Positions 25,330 through 35,217 are shown, numbered from the stretch's first letter. The stretch: 49,739 nt of DNA from Halobacteriovoraceae bacterium (GCA_040377215.1 JBEIPE010000001.1:1-49739), one strand, 5' to 3'. Notes: generated by a model not told the origin, from the letters alone. Numbers and translations: made by a program.

Positions 25330-26745
25330 ATGAACTTCTCTGAACTCGCTCGCGTTATCGAGCAACTCGGTAAAGATCGCGGCATCAAGAAAGAAATCAT
25401 CATCGGCGCTATCGAGCAGGCCTTCTTGGTCACCGCTCGTAAGAAATTCGGTATTCAAGGTGAATACGAAGCTCGCTACAACGAAGGTGATGGCGAAGTC
25501 GAAATCTACCAATACAAAAACGTAGTGGATAAAGTCCGCGATGGCATCGTTGAGATTGAATACAACGAAGCCAAGAAACTTGATGAAGAGTGTGAACTCG
25601 GTGACCAATTGGGCATCAAAATCGACAATCCTGGTTTCAGCCGTGTCGACATCCAGACCGCAAAACAAATCATTTTCCAAAAAGTACGTGACGCTGAACG
25701 CGACATCCTCTTCGCTGAATTCAAACACCGCGAAGGAGAGCTCGTTACCGGCATCGCTCGTCGCTTCGAGAAAGGCAACGTCGTTGTCGACTTGGGTAAA
25801 GCTGACGCGATTCTCCCGAAGAAAGAAATCATCTTCGGCGAGGCGTTCAAACCAGGTGACCGCATTCAAGCTTACTTGTCTGAAGTGGTGATGACGTCTC
25901 GTGGACCAGAAATCCGCTTGAGCCGTACTTCTCCAATGTTCCTCGTGAAAGTATTCGAAAACGAAGTTCCAGAAATCATGGATGGCACTATCGAAATTAA
26001 AGCCGCTGCGCGTGAGCCGGGTTACCGCGCGAAAGTGGCGGTTTGGACTGCAGATCGTGACATCGACCCAGTCGGTGCTTGCGTAGGGATGAAAGGTTCA
26101 CGCGTTCAAAACGTTGTGAACGAACTTCAAGGTGAAAAAATCGATATCGTTCGCTTCAACGAAGATACTGAAACTTTCGCTCGCGAGTCTTTGCGTCCAG
26201 CTGAAATTCAATCAATCATGATGAACCACGCGGACCATACTCTCGACGTGATCGTAGAAGATGATCAACTCAGCCTTGCCATCGGTCGCCGTGGTCAAAA
26301 CGTTCGCCTTGCTGCGATGTTGACTGGTTGGAAGATCAACATCATCTCGAAGTCTAAGCTCCAAGAGCGCGTGAAACTCGCGGTAGAAAACCTCATGCAG
26401 CTTGCTGGTTTGAACGAATCAACAGCTCAAGTTTTGGTACAAAACGGCGTGATGAGCATCATCGATTTGAGTGCATCTGAAGCTGATTTGGTTGCTCGCA
26501 TTTCAGGTAAGACATCAGTCGACGCGAAGGCCTTGATTGCTCAAGCAGCAGCGGCCCTCGAGAACCCAGATATTAAGTCTGATATCGAAATGGAAGGCGA
26601 GATCATCTCGGCTTCTGCGGTACCTCAGAATAACGCTCTTGTTCGTCGTGATCGCGCTGGCGCTCCAGCGGTTCCAGGTACGGATAAATTCAGTGAGGCG
26701 GAGAAACGCCTCCGTGAGGAGTTGGCGGCATTTAAACTCAAATAA
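25330..26745 (+). CDS. nusA: Transcription termination/antitermination factor NusA
   Basis: The N-terminus (ELARVIEQLGKDRGIKKEIIIGAIEQAF), the S1 domain and the KH domains (DPVGACVGMKGSRVQNVVNELQGEKIDIV; AIGRRGQNVRLAAMLTGWKINI) are all recognisable. Confidence 0.96.
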   Translation: MNFSELARVIEQLGKDRGIKKEIIIGAIEQAFLVTARKKFGIQGEYEARYNEGDGEVEIYQYKNVVDKVRDGIVEIEYNEAKKLDEECELGDQLGIKIDNPGFSRVDIQTAKQIIFQKVRDAERDILFAEFKHREGELVTGIARRFEKGNVVVDLGKADAILPKKEIIFGEAFKPGDRIQAYLSEVVMTSRGPEIRLSRTSPMFLVKVFENEVPEIMDGTIEIKAAAREPGYRAKVAVWTADRDIDPVGACVGMKGSRVQNVVNELQGEKIDIVRFNEDTETFARESLRPAEIQSIMMNHADHTLDVIVEDDQLSLAIGRRGQNVRLAAMLTGWKINIISKSKLQERVKLAVENLMQLAGLNESTAQVLVQNGVMSIIDLSASEADLVARISGKTSVDAKALIAQAAAALENPDIKSDIEMEGEIISASAVPQNNALVRRDRAGAPAVPGTDKFSEAEKRLREELAAFKLK

Positions 26746-26799
26746 ATGGTGTCACTTGTAAGTTAAGAAGAATGTTTGGTTATTTGGAGACGATAGAAC

Positions 26800-29469
26800 A
26801 TGGCTAAAAAGGTATATGAACTAGCGACAGAGCTCGGCATCGGAGCGATCGACCTAGTCGAGAAACTAAAATCCATCGGGTTGCCTGTGCGTAACCACAT
26901 GGTGGCACTTTCTGACGAAGACGTGGCGAAAGCCATGGCCGCTTTTGAGACGGCTAAGCAAGCCGCTGCCCCGGTTAAAAAAGCCGTGGTTAAAAAAGTC
27001 GTGAAGAAAGCAGCTGCCGTTGCTGAGGCACCTCCAGTGGTTGAAACCGCTCCCGTTGAGGCACCTGTTGTAGAGGAAGCACCTGCAGTTGCAGTTGAAG
27101 CCGCTCCGGTCGAAACTCCTGTCGTCGAAGAGCCGAAAGAGCCTGTGCGCGTGAAAGAAACAATTGATGACCGCCCACGTGGTCTCGTTGTTATTCGTAA
27201 AACGAAGCAACAAAAAGAAGACGAGAAGAAAGCCGATGCTGAAGCTCGTGAAGTGGCAGCAGCAGAAGCCGCAGCCGCAGCCGCAGCACTTGAACTTCGC
27301 CGCGAAGAAGCAGCGACCGGTGTTGTAAAGCCTGTCTCGAAGAAAGATTACTTCGAAGAAAAGATGCACTCGTTTACTCCAGTCTTCACTCCTGAGAAAA
27401 AAGTCGCAGCACCTGCTCGCGCCAATGCTCTCGCTCCAGCTGCGGGCGCGACTGGTGATGAAGAGGATGATGAGAAAAACAAAAAACGCATGGGCGATCT
27501 CGCCGCAATGGTTTCAAAGAAATCGTCTGTTAAGACGAAAGACTTGACCATGATGCGTGCTGATGAAGAACTCAAGTTCGCCTCAGCTCTCGTTGGTCGC
27601 ACCATCTACACCCCAGCTAAGCGTAAAAAGATTTTCTCAGGCCCAACCCAGAACACCCTCATTACACAAGTAAAAGATGCTAAGCGCTTCATTACTGTGC
27701 ACGGTGGCTGTACGGCGGAAGAGCTCGCAGGGAAGCTTTCTCTACGTTTCGAATCTTTTGCTAACAAAGTTCTCGAGATGAATCTCTTGGTGAACGCTGA
27801 AGATTATATCGGCTTTGCTTTGGCAACCGAGATTGCTGCTATCTGGAATTACCGCGTAGAAGACGTGGCTTTCAATGAAGATAAAGTCATCGGCAAAGTG
27901 GCCGGCGAAGACAAGTCAGGCTTCCCGCTTCGTAGCCCGGTGATCACGATCATGGGTCACGTTGACCACGGTAAAACATCGCTCTTGGATTACATCCGCA
28001 AAGCAAAAGTCGCTTCAGGCGAAGCTGGCGGTATCACTCAGCACATCGGTGCTTACCAAGTTAAAGTTAAAGACGGCTTCCTGACTTTCCTCGATACGCC
28101 AGGCCACGCCGCTTTCGCGAACATGCGTCAGCGCGGTGCTGATATTACTGATATCGTTGTTTTGGTTGTTGCAGCTGATGACGGCGTGATGCCTCAGACA
28201 GTTGAATCAATCAAATTTTGCCAAAACGCTAAGAAGTCTATGATCGTTGCGATCAACAAGATGGATAAGCCAGGCGCGAATCCGGATAAGGTAAAACAAG
28301 GTTTGATGGAATACGGTCTCACACCAGAAGAGTGGGGCGGTGAAACGATCTACGTCCCAGTTTCTGCGATGACAGGCGCTGGCGTTGATAGTCTCCTTGA
28401 GAATATCCAGATCCAAGCTGAGATCATGGAACTTCGTGCTGAACCGACGGGTTCTGCTGAAGGCGTTGTGATCGAATCTAAAATTGAAATCGGCCGCGGC
28501 CCAGTAGCGACTCTCTTGATCCAGAAAGGCACTTTGAATAAAGGTGATTCTTTGGTTGTAGGTGAGACCTCAGGTCGTGCCCGTTCATTGATGGACTTCC
28601 AAGGTAAAATGCTCGACTCAGTTGGCCCATCGACACCAGTACAGGTTCTTGGTCTTGAATCAGTACCAAGCCCAGGTGATGTGCTTAACGTTGTGAAAAA
28701 CGAACGTGAAGCTAAGAAAATCGCAGAAAACCGCATCAACGAGCGCAAACAGCTTTCTCAGACTGTGGAAGTTAAAGTTGCTTCTTTGGAAGACTTCTTT
28801 GCGGAATCGAAAAGCAATGAAGGCGAAGAGAAGAAAGTGCTCAACCTCATCGTCCGCACGGATGTGCAGGGTAGCTTTGAGGCGATTAAAAACTCCGTTG
28901 AACGTCTGGGTAACTCCGAAGTGTCAGTCACAGTTGTTGGCGGTGGCGTAGGTGCCATCACCGATAACGATGTCTTAATGGCTTCTTCTATCAAGGGTTA
29001 CGTCATCGGCTTCAACATGCGTCCAGTCACATCAGCTCGCCGTATTGCGGAAGAGAAAGGTGTTGAGATTAAGACCTACTCAATCATTTACGAAGTCATC
29101 AATGACCTCACCCTCGCATTGGAAGGCATGTTGACGCCGGAACAAGTCGAGGTTTACATCGGTCGTGCTCAGGTTCGCGATACCTTCAATATTCCGAAAG
29201 TCGGAACAGTTGCAGGTGCAGGCGTTATCGACGGCAAAATCGAACGTGGTTGCAGTATTCGTTTGTTGCGTGATGGGAAAATCGTTTACGACGGTAAACT
29301 CTCTACGCTCAAGCGCTTCAAAGACGAAGTTAAAGAAGTTAAGAATGGTTATGAGTGTGGTCTCGGACTCGAGAACTTCAATGATGTGCGCGTAGACGAC
29401 TTGGTCGAAGCTTACATTATGGAAACACGTAAACGTACACTTGAGAACAGCTCACAACCGACACTTTAA
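26800..29469 (+). CDS. infB: Translation initiation factor IF-2
   Basis: Low-complexity A/P/V/E-rich N-terminus, G-domain motifs (GHVDHGKTSLLD, DTPGHAAF, NKMD) and a conserved C-terminal domain. Confidence 0.97.
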   Translation: MAKKVYELATELGIGAIDLVEKLKSIGLPVRNHMVALSDEDVAKAMAAFETAKQAAAPVKKAVVKKVVKKAAAVAEAPPVVETAPVEAPVVEEAPAVAVEAAPVETPVVEEPKEPVRVKETIDDRPRGLVVIRKTKQQKEDEKKADAEAREVAAAEAAAAAAALELRREEAATGVVKPVSKKDYFEEKMHSFTPVFTPEKKVAAPARANALAPAAGATGDEEDDEKNKKRMGDLAAMVSKKSSVKTKDLTMMRADEELKFASALVGRTIYTPAKRKKIFSGPTQNTLITQVKDAKRFITVHGGCTAEELAGKLSLRFESFANKVLEMNLLVNAEDYIGFALATEIAAIWNYRVEDVAFNEDKVIGKVAGEDKSGFPLRSPVITIMGHVDHGKTSLLDYIRKAKVASGEAGGITQHIGAYQVKVKDGFLTFLDTPGHAAFANMRQRGADITDIVVLVVAADDGVMPQTVESIKFCQNAKKSMIVAINKMDKPGANPDKVKQGLMEYGLTPEEWGGETIYVPVSAMTGAGVDSLLENIQIQAEIMELRAEPTGSAEGVVIESKIEIGRGPVATLLIQKGTLNKGDSLVVGETSGRARSLMDFQGKMLDSVGPSTPVQVLGLESVPSPGDVLNVVKNEREAKKIAENRINERKQLSQTVEVKVASLEDFFAESKSNEGEEKKVLNLIVRTDVQGSFEAIKNSVERLGNSEVSVTVVGGGVGAITDNDVLMASSIKGYVIGFNMRPVTSARRIAEEKGVEIKTYSIIYEVINDLTLALEGMLTPEQVEVYIGRAQVRDTFNIPKVGTVAGAGVIDGKIERGCSIRLLRDGKIVYDGKLSTLKRFKDEVKEVKNGYECGLGLENFNDVRVDDLVEAYIMETRKRTLENSSQPTL

Positions 29470-29477
29470 AGGTATTT

Positions 29478-29840
29478 ATGGCAGGCCGTGGGAACCCACA
29501 TGCGAAAATGAAGTACGAGGAGTTGGTCAAAAACGGGATCAACTCCGCTCTTCGTCGTGACATGAACGACTCACGCCTGACTTTTGTTACCATCACAAAA
29601 GTGGAACTCACTGATGACTACGCGAACGCGAAAGTTTGGTGGGACACTTTTGACACCGCAAAACGTGGTGAAATCTCTGAAGCCATTGATGCTGTGAAAG
29701 GACGAATTCGTACCTTACTCGCAGCTCGCTTAGAAGTGCGCCACACTCCAGAGCTCCTCTTCATCTATGACTCTCAATATGAAGACGAGCAACGTATCGA
29801 CAAAATTCTGAAAGGCGAACGTGGAGACAACGAAGAGTAA
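29478..29840 (+). CDS. rbfA: Ribosome-binding factor A
   Basis: RLTFVTITKVELTDDYANAKVWW and TPELLFIYD match RbfA. Position after infB fits. Confidence 0.93.
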   Translation: MAGRGNPHAKMKYEELVKNGINSALRRDMNDSRLTFVTITKVELTDDYANAKVWWDTFDTAKRGEISEAIDAVKGRIRTLLAARLEVRHTPELLFIYDSQYEDEQRIDKILKGERGDNEE

Positions 29841-30768
29841 AACTCTTCCCCCGCTCATCTTCAATGTCTTCAAGCCAGCGCGTGCGGGCTCGTTTGATGT
29901 TGTCCGCCACTTTAAACGACATCTGCCGGACGGTTTCGGTAAAATTGGCCATTTTGGAACGTTGGACCCATTCGCCTGTGGTGTTTTGCTGATTGGTATT
30001 GGTGGGGCCGCTCGGCTCAACGATCTTGTTCATAAATTCCTACCTAAAACCTATCTCGCCGTCGGTCGCCTAGGTCGCGAGACGGATACTGGAGACTGGG
30101 AAGGGAAGATCACACAAGTAGATGAGTCTCGTTATCTTTCTGAAGTGATCGGTCATTTTGATAAGGCCTTCATACAAGAGACTCTTCGAAAAAAATTCTT
30201 GGGCACCTACTGGCAAGCCCCACATGTTTATTCCGCCACTAAGTTTCAGGGCAAGGCCTTGCACCAGTGGGCACGGGAAGGTGTAGAGATTAAGAAAGAG
30301 CCTGTTGAGCGCTTTGTTCATTCTCTAGAGGTGGTGCGCTGGCAGTATCCGTTCCTCAGTTTACGTGTCACGGTGAGCTCGGGGACTTATGTCAGAACAC
30401 TTTTTGCGGAAGCGGCACAAGAGTTAGGTACTATCGGCAGTTTGATTGCCCTTCAGCGTGAAAGTATCGGGCCAGTCAAATCGACAACGGGACTCAAAAC
30501 GGGCCAGTGGCCTACGAAAGGCGGTGCAGATGTTACCGCTCAAGGGATTCTGCCGGAAGTTCTTCTGCCGTTCCATCGTTGGACTATTCCCGAAGATCGC
30601 GAGAAAGCATTTCTTAATGGACTGTCACAACGAATCGATTGTCGGGATGAATTTGCTTGGGGCATGGGTCGCGACGGAACAAACTGGGGACTCTTGCAGC
30701 GCTTTGATAATGATTGGCGTGTGGTTATTAATTTTCGAGCAAAGCTTGCAACTGAGAATGACCTTTAA
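29821..30768 (+). CDS. truB: tRNA pseudouridine(55) synthase TruB
   Basis: FKPARAGSFDVV...GHFGTLDPFACGVLLIGIG is the catalytic Asp motif. GTG start overlapping rbfA by 20 nt. Confidence 0.9.
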   Translation: METTKSKTLPPLIFNVFKPARAGSFDVVRHFKRHLPDGFGKIGHFGTLDPFACGVLLIGIGGAARLNDLVHKFLPKTYLAVGRLGRETDTGDWEGKITQVDESRYLSEVIGHFDKAFIQETLRKKFLGTYWQAPHVYSATKFQGKALHQWAREGVEIKKEPVERFVHSLEVVRWQYPFLSLRVTVSSGTYVRTLFAEAAQELGTIGSLIALQRESIGPVKSTTGLKTGQWPTKGGADVTAQGILPEVLLPFHRWTIPEDREKAFLNGLSQRIDCRDEFAWGMGRDGTNWGLLQRFDNDWRVVINFRAKLATENDL

Positions 30769-31492
30769 GCACTTGCGCCCAACACGCACGCGCGAAGCTA
30801 TTGGCATCCGGATAGTCCGCCGGAATCATCGCCGGATGAGAAATGATCCCGAGTTTCTTGCCCACGTTTATAACTCCAGAACTATCAATCACATCGTGAG
30901 TGCCGTAAATGCTGACGGGAATGACCGGGACTTTTTCTTCCCAGGCCAATTGCAACAATGTGACTTTGAGACCTTGATATTGGCGCGGAATACCGGCCTT
31001 AGAGCGAGTCCCTTCTGGATAGTATTGAACGGCAAAATTATCTTTCACCAATCGATCGCGCGCTTTTACAAAAACTTTCTTCCGCGAATCACGTTTACCG
31101 CGGCTTACGACCAGTGAACCGGCCGCCCAGCCTAGAATTCCCAGCAATGGAATGTAGAGCACTTCTTTTTTCATAATGGGCGGAACCTGAAACTGACTCA
31201 GGGTCATGGGGATATCGAGAAAGCTTTGATGATTAGCGATATAGAGACCCTTGGGAGGGTATGTGCGTAACTCTTTTTGACGATGGTCTTCCACGTAGAG
31301 ACTGGCCCAGCAACCAAAGCGAAGGGTGTAGTTGCCAAAAAACCGCCAGAACGGGCCCACGACACGCAAGCGCCATCTCAGGGGGAACGGGATCACGAGC
31401 AGGGTGGGTGGGGTGACGAACAAGAAGAACACCAAAGGAATGGTGGTATAGGCCCAAAAAAGGTTCAAATAAGATAAAATCCGGCGTCCCAT
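30728..31492 (-). CDS. plsC: 1-acyl-sn-glycerol-3-phosphate acyltransferase family protein
   Basis: HX4D motif ANHQSFLDIP, YPEGTRS and an N-terminal membrane helix. The 3' end overlaps the truB 3' end (convergent). Confidence 0.85.
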   Translation of the reverse strand: MGRRILSYLNLFWAYTTIPLVFFLFVTPPTLLVIPFPLRWRLRVVGPFWRFFGNYTLRFGCWASLYVEDHRQKELRTYPPKGLYIANHQSFLDIPMTLSQFQVPPIMKKEVLYIPLLGILGWAAGSLVVSRGKRDSRKKVFVKARDRLVKDNFAVQYYPEGTRSKAGIPRQYQGLKVTLLQLAWEEKVPVIPVSIYGTHDVIDSSGVINVGKKLGIISHPAMIPADYPDANSFARACWAQVLKGHSQLQALLEN

Positions 31493-31609
31493 CGTCGGCC
31501 ATCTTACTTAGAAACGCGTTAATCGGCCACAAAAGTCCCCCGGAGCGCTTTCATTTTTCCGCTGGGTTAGGCTATACTTCAGGGGTCTTCACACTCAGGA
31601 GAGAAATCT

Positions 31610-32473
31610 GTGACATCCAGCCTCATAGCAATGGGAGTAGCGATTTTCGCTGTCGTCAACTTGGTGATTGGCCTTGCGGTCATAAGCATGTTGTTCGGGA
31701 CCTTCGAAACTCTTTTCGGCAAACCAAAGCTCAGCATTTTGCGTCCATCTAAAGGTGGCAATCTCTTTGCTTTTGGATTCAAGTGGAACAGTGCAAAGGA
31801 GCCGGCCGCGATTGATATCGTGAAGCTTCGCCTTTTTAATCCATTCGGCAATCCTACTCAGGCAGAAGTGTCTCAGAAGTTTGAAGTGAAAAAATCAAGC
31901 TTCGGTATCGAAGTCGACATGGGCCCAGGCTTCATCGAACTTCTTGGTGCTAAGGGCCTAGATAAGGCGATGGTTCAAGTTGAATTGAGCTCTACCCGCG
32001 ATGGTGTGGCTTTCCAATTTGATATGAAAGGTCCGAAGTTCCGTAAGCTTGTTATGGACTCTTTGGATGGCGTAGAGAACTTCGTTAAGCGCAACAGGCT
32101 TGATGTCGTCAAAAACAGCAAACCACCTATCGATATCCCGATTCGCAGTTTTATCGCTGACACCGTTCCAGGCAAAGGAACTCAGCTCATTATCGCCACC
32201 AACCCAGCTTTCGCTGCTCAGTTCGCGGGCGCAGGCGCCGGTGTGGCCGCTCCTGCTGGCGAAGCTGTAGCGAACTTCAACATTTTAAAAGTTTGGATTG
32301 AACCAGGTTGCATCGTTTGCAACGCTTGTGAAGATATCTATCCGCAAGTTTTCGAAGTCACCTCAGACACTTGTTTGATTCGTGCTGGAGCACCACTGGA
32401 TGATGGTTTGAAAATCACAGAGGCCGCCGAAGCCTGTCCTGTCGAAGTGATCAAATTTACTAAAGCTAGCTAG
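31610..32473 (+). CDS. Membrane-anchored protein with a C-terminal single-cluster ferredoxin domain
   Basis: GTG start after AGGAGA. N-terminal TM helix (IAMGVAIFAVVNLVIGLAVISMLFG), a ~200-aa region of unknown function, then CIVCNACEDIYPQVF...AAEACPVEVI (CxxCxxC...CP). Confidence 0.65.
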   Translation: MTSSLIAMGVAIFAVVNLVIGLAVISMLFGTFETLFGKPKLSILRPSKGGNLFAFGFKWNSAKEPAAIDIVKLRLFNPFGNPTQAEVSQKFEVKKSSFGIEVDMGPGFIELLGAKGLDKAMVQVELSSTRDGVAFQFDMKGPKFRKLVMDSLDGVENFVKRNRLDVVKNSKPPIDIPIRSFIADTVPGKGTQLIIATNPAFAAQFAGAGAGVAAPAGEAVANFNILKVWIEPGCIVCNACEDIYPQVFEVTSDTCLIRAGAPLDDGLKITEAAEACPVEVIKFTKAS

Positions 32474-32477
32474 AAAT

Positions 32478-32505
32478 AAAAAAGCCCTCGAAAGAGGGCT
32501 TTTTT
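32478..32505. terminator. Bidirectional rho-independent terminator
   Basis: aaaaaaGCCCTCgaaaGAGGGCtttttt, lying between convergent genes. Confidence 0.85.
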
Positions 32506-32506
32506 G

Positions 32507-33190
32507 TTAGATCTTTTTGAGAAGCAGATCACTCTGCATGAAGCTCTTCAAACCCTTCTCATTCTCCACCCAAATATCCTTCAGGTTTTTATCATCAGCG
32601 AGTGGTGGGCACTCAAACGTCAGCACTCCGGCCTGATACTTCTCAGGTACGAATGATCCGAATGATCCTGGTGTCGGATAACCGATGTCACCAGCGATAG
32701 GGTAGCTGTTGAAAGTTGAGAGGTACTCGGCCACATCTTGGCAGTCGCCGTTGTAGTTCAAGATCGGCTTCCAGGTATGGAATGAAAGGATAAATCCTGG
32801 CTTGAACTTATCTAGCAACCGCACCAAAAATTGATTTTCTGGTTCTGAGAGTGCCTTTGGCCCTGGATTGTATTTTTTCTGGCTGGCCTCTGGTGTCCAA
32901 TCTTTGGTTGGGTAGTTGCGGTTGAGATCAACCATATGAGCATTCACACGAGTTGAAGCGCGATAACCATCAACGTTGAGAATAGGCACAACAACGATTG
33001 GCAGATCCTTAAGCGAGTGTTCATTTTTGAGCCAAGCGAATAGCTCTTTAAGAACATGGATGCCTTCTACTTCGTCACCGTGTGTTCCACCGATGAGGTA
33101 GATGTACTTATCGGCTTTGACATCAGTCATGAAGGCAGGAATAGGGTGGCCCTCAACTGATTTACCAGGAGGGAGTTCGGTGAAAATCAT
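32507..33190 (-). CDS. M14-family zinc carboxypeptidase/amidase (MpaA- or succinylglutamate desuccinylase-like)
   Basis: GGTHGDEVEG (HxxE zinc motif), DLNRNYP and SFHTW. 227 aa with no signal peptide. Confidence 0.75.
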   Translation of the reverse strand: MIFTELPPGKSVEGHPIPAFMTDVKADKYIYLIGGTHGDEVEGIHVLKELFAWLKNEHSLKDLPIVVVPILNVDGYRASTRVNAHMVDLNRNYPTKDWTPEASQKKYNPGPKALSEPENQFLVRLLDKFKPGFILSFHTWKPILNYNGDCQDVAEYLSTFNSYPIAGDIGYPTPGSFGSFVPEKYQAGVLTFECPPLADDKNLKDIWVENEKGLKSFMQSDLLLKKI

Positions 33191-33684
33191 GCTTCTTCCT
33201 TATGAACATATACAGCAGACTGACCAGGAGTCTCTTCAACTTCAACTTCAAGAGTAGCAAAACAAAAGCCATGACGCTCGAGCACGATTCGGCGAATTTC
33301 TTGGGCCATATAAACGGCCATCAATTCAGCACTTGAGTTTTGAATCGGGAGCAACAGGACATCAGTACTTGGAATACTAAAGATCGATTCGTCAGGAGTC
33401 GTGATGACAGTGTTCTTACCGGCAGTATCAATACGCAAACGAGGACAATCTTTAGGAATGATCAGTTTGTGGTCGAGTGAATCACAGACTTCGCGCACGA
33501 CAGGTTTGATGTCGAGGAAGTCGAAAACCATGTCACCTTTGAGCTCAGGTGTTTCGCCCTTAACCATCACGCGATAGTTATGGCCATGCAACGGTTCGCG
33601 GGTCCCATCTTCAAAAATCATGAAGTGAGAGGCTGCAAAGTTGAAGTATTGCTTATAGACTTTGATAGAAAATCTCGGCCCCAA
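33187..33684 (-). CDS. 6-pyruvoyl-tetrahydropterin / 6-carboxytetrahydropterin synthase family protein
   Basis: FNFAASHFM...PLHGHNYRV carries the family's zinc-binding His triad. TTG start after AAGGGGA. ATGA overlap with the downstream M14 gene. Confidence 0.75.
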   Translation of the reverse strand: MGPRFSIKVYKQYFNFAASHFMIFEDGTREPLHGHNYRVMVKGETPELKGDMVFDFLDIKPVVREVCDSLDHKLIIPKDCPRLRIDTAGKNTVITTPDESIFSIPSTDVLLLPIQNSSAELMAVYMAQEIRRIVLERHGFCFATLEVEVEETPGQSAVYVHKEEA

Positions 33685-33770
33685 TGCGATCCCCTTGATG
33701 GCAGGTAAGATACACCCGGCGCCGGCCTCTTGGAAAGAGGGTGCGAAGCGTTAAATGAGGCTAGATTCTT

Positions 33771-34421
33771 ATGAAAAAACATCTCCAAGCACTCGATCGT
33801 ATTGAAGCCGCTTTGAAAGCGCATGATCTCAATCAAGCTCCTGTCCTTGCTGCCTTGAATGTTCTTCGTGAGCAAGTCCAGGCCTTGCCGAAGGAAACAG
33901 CAGCAAAAAACGGCCCTTTGCCGGCCCCTGCAGAATTACAAAATCATCCGGCCGGTCTCGCACTTTACACAGACGGGGCCTGCCGCGGAAATCCAGGTCC
34001 TGGTTCTTGGGCCTGTGTGGCCCAAACACAAGACGGCACCATCGTTTTTGAGAGTTGCGGACATGAGTCGCTGACCACTAATAACAAAATGGAAATCCAA
34101 GCCGTCATTGGAGCTTACCACCAGTTTGAGCAGCACCTCCTTGGACAGCCTTTCAATCATCCCGATCCGGTTCTGCTTTTCACCGATTCAAAGTATGTGG
34201 TGGATGGAATCAATCAATGGGTTCCAGGGTGGAAGTCTAAAGGCTGGAAGAAAGCCGATGGGAAAACGCCTGAAAATCTTGAGCTGTGGCAAGAGCTCGA
34301 TCAAATGAAAGCCAAGTTCCCCCAGCTAAAAGTCGGATGGGTTCGTGGGCATAATGGTCATCCACAAAACGAGCACTGTGATCAACTCGCGAACCGGTTA
34401 CTTGATGAAGAAGGCTTTTAG
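33771..34421 (+). CDS. rnhA: Ribonuclease HI with a ~60-aa helical N-terminal extension
   Basis: LYTDGACRGNPGPGSWA, TNNKMEIQAVI, TDSKYVVDGI..W..GWK..GWKKADGK.PENLELWQEL and WVRGHNGHPQNEHCDQLA. Confidence 0.9.
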   Translation: MKKHLQALDRIEAALKAHDLNQAPVLAALNVLREQVQALPKETAAKNGPLPAPAELQNHPAGLALYTDGACRGNPGPGSWACVAQTQDGTIVFESCGHESLTTNNKMEIQAVIGAYHQFEQHLLGQPFNHPDPVLLFTDSKYVVDGINQWVPGWKSKGWKKADGKTPENLELWQELDQMKAKFPQLKVGWVRGHNGHPQNEHCDQLANRLLDEEGF

Positions 34422-35217
34422 TCTTCTCGCCCTGCTTTGGGCGCTACCGATTTTCGCCTGCCAAATTAAGCACGAGATTGTTTCTCTTTCTGCTCCGGTC
34501 ACTGGCGTGTTAGCCGAGCTTGAGCTACTCGATGATTCTCGTTTGAAAGGCATTTCACTTTTTCATCCAGTAGAAAAGAAGGCGTTCAAAGGTGAGCGCT
34601 ACGGTGGAGGCATTTTTCTCGCCCAAAAGACGCTGAAAACCTTTAAGGACAAGACGGTGTTTTATGATGAATCAGGGGAGACCACACGTCGCTTGAATCA
34701 GGCCGGACTTCCAAAGTTGGTGCAAATCAAAACACGTGGGCTTGACCCTTTTGAAGTCACTGAGAAAACACTCAAAACGCTCGAGGCCCATTTATCCAAC
34801 TGCCCGACAGAAGTCTTGCGGCTGCGTTTGTGGGCGGCCAATGAGAAGCAATATCTATTGGCCCAAAAGAAGCTGCATCACCCCATCTATTTTTTCCTCG
34901 GCGAAATTCGTGGCAACAAATTACCAGAGCTTTTGATGGTGAATGATGGTCCCGTTCTTTTCTGGACACGCAACGATCGCATTCGTTCTTTTGATAGCAC
35001 GCTCGCTTATGTTCGTTGGGGTGAGAAGTGGCGCAAGGCCTTAACAGGTAAAGAAGCCTTGGTGGGGATTAGTGAAATTAAGCCGGGCAGCAAGTTTCAG
35101 CTACTCAAAGGTGAAGGCCGCTTGTGGAATGTGAAGGACGTAGGGGCCCTGACTCCGGGCCCCTCGCAGATACGTTTTATGAGACGGTTTACTGAAACCT
35201 GGAAAGAGAAACTCTAA
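34405..35217 (+). CDS. Putative lipoprotein, possibly a class-III (BtuF/FhuD-like) substrate-binding protein
   Basis: I take the start at ATG 34405 (MKKAFSLLALLWALPIFAC). EIVSLSAPVTGVLAELELLDD..KGIS resembles the N-terminus of siderophore/B12-binding proteins, and a FecCD permease lies nearby. The domain call is weak. Confidence 0.45.
   Translation: MKKAFSLLALLWALPIFACQIKHEIVSLSAPVTGVLAELELLDDSRLKGISLFHPVEKKAFKGERYGGGIFLAQKTLKTFKDKTVFYDESGETTRRLNQAGLPKLVQIKTRGLDPFEVTEKTLKTLEAHLSNCPTEVLRLRLWAANEKQYLLAQKKLHHPIYFFLGEIRGNKLPELLMVNDGPVLFWTRNDRIRSFDSTLAYVRWGEKWRKALTGKEALVGISEIKPGSKFQLLKGEGRLWNVKDVGALTPGPSQIRFMRRFTETWKEKL

Noticed and set aside
25294-25869. 191-aa and 119-aa minus-strand ORFs antisense to nusA.
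   Set aside because: nusA is unambiguous on the plus strand. The antisense translation is low complexity (F/D/E/V-rich) with no motifs.
26866-27369. 167-aa minus-strand ORF, plus repetitive gcagccgcagcc tracts, in the 5' part of infB.
   Set aside because: This is the Ala/Pro/Val/Glu-rich low-complexity N-terminal region typical of IF-2. The antisense frame stays open only because of that biased composition. It is neither a separate gene nor a meaningful DNA repeat.
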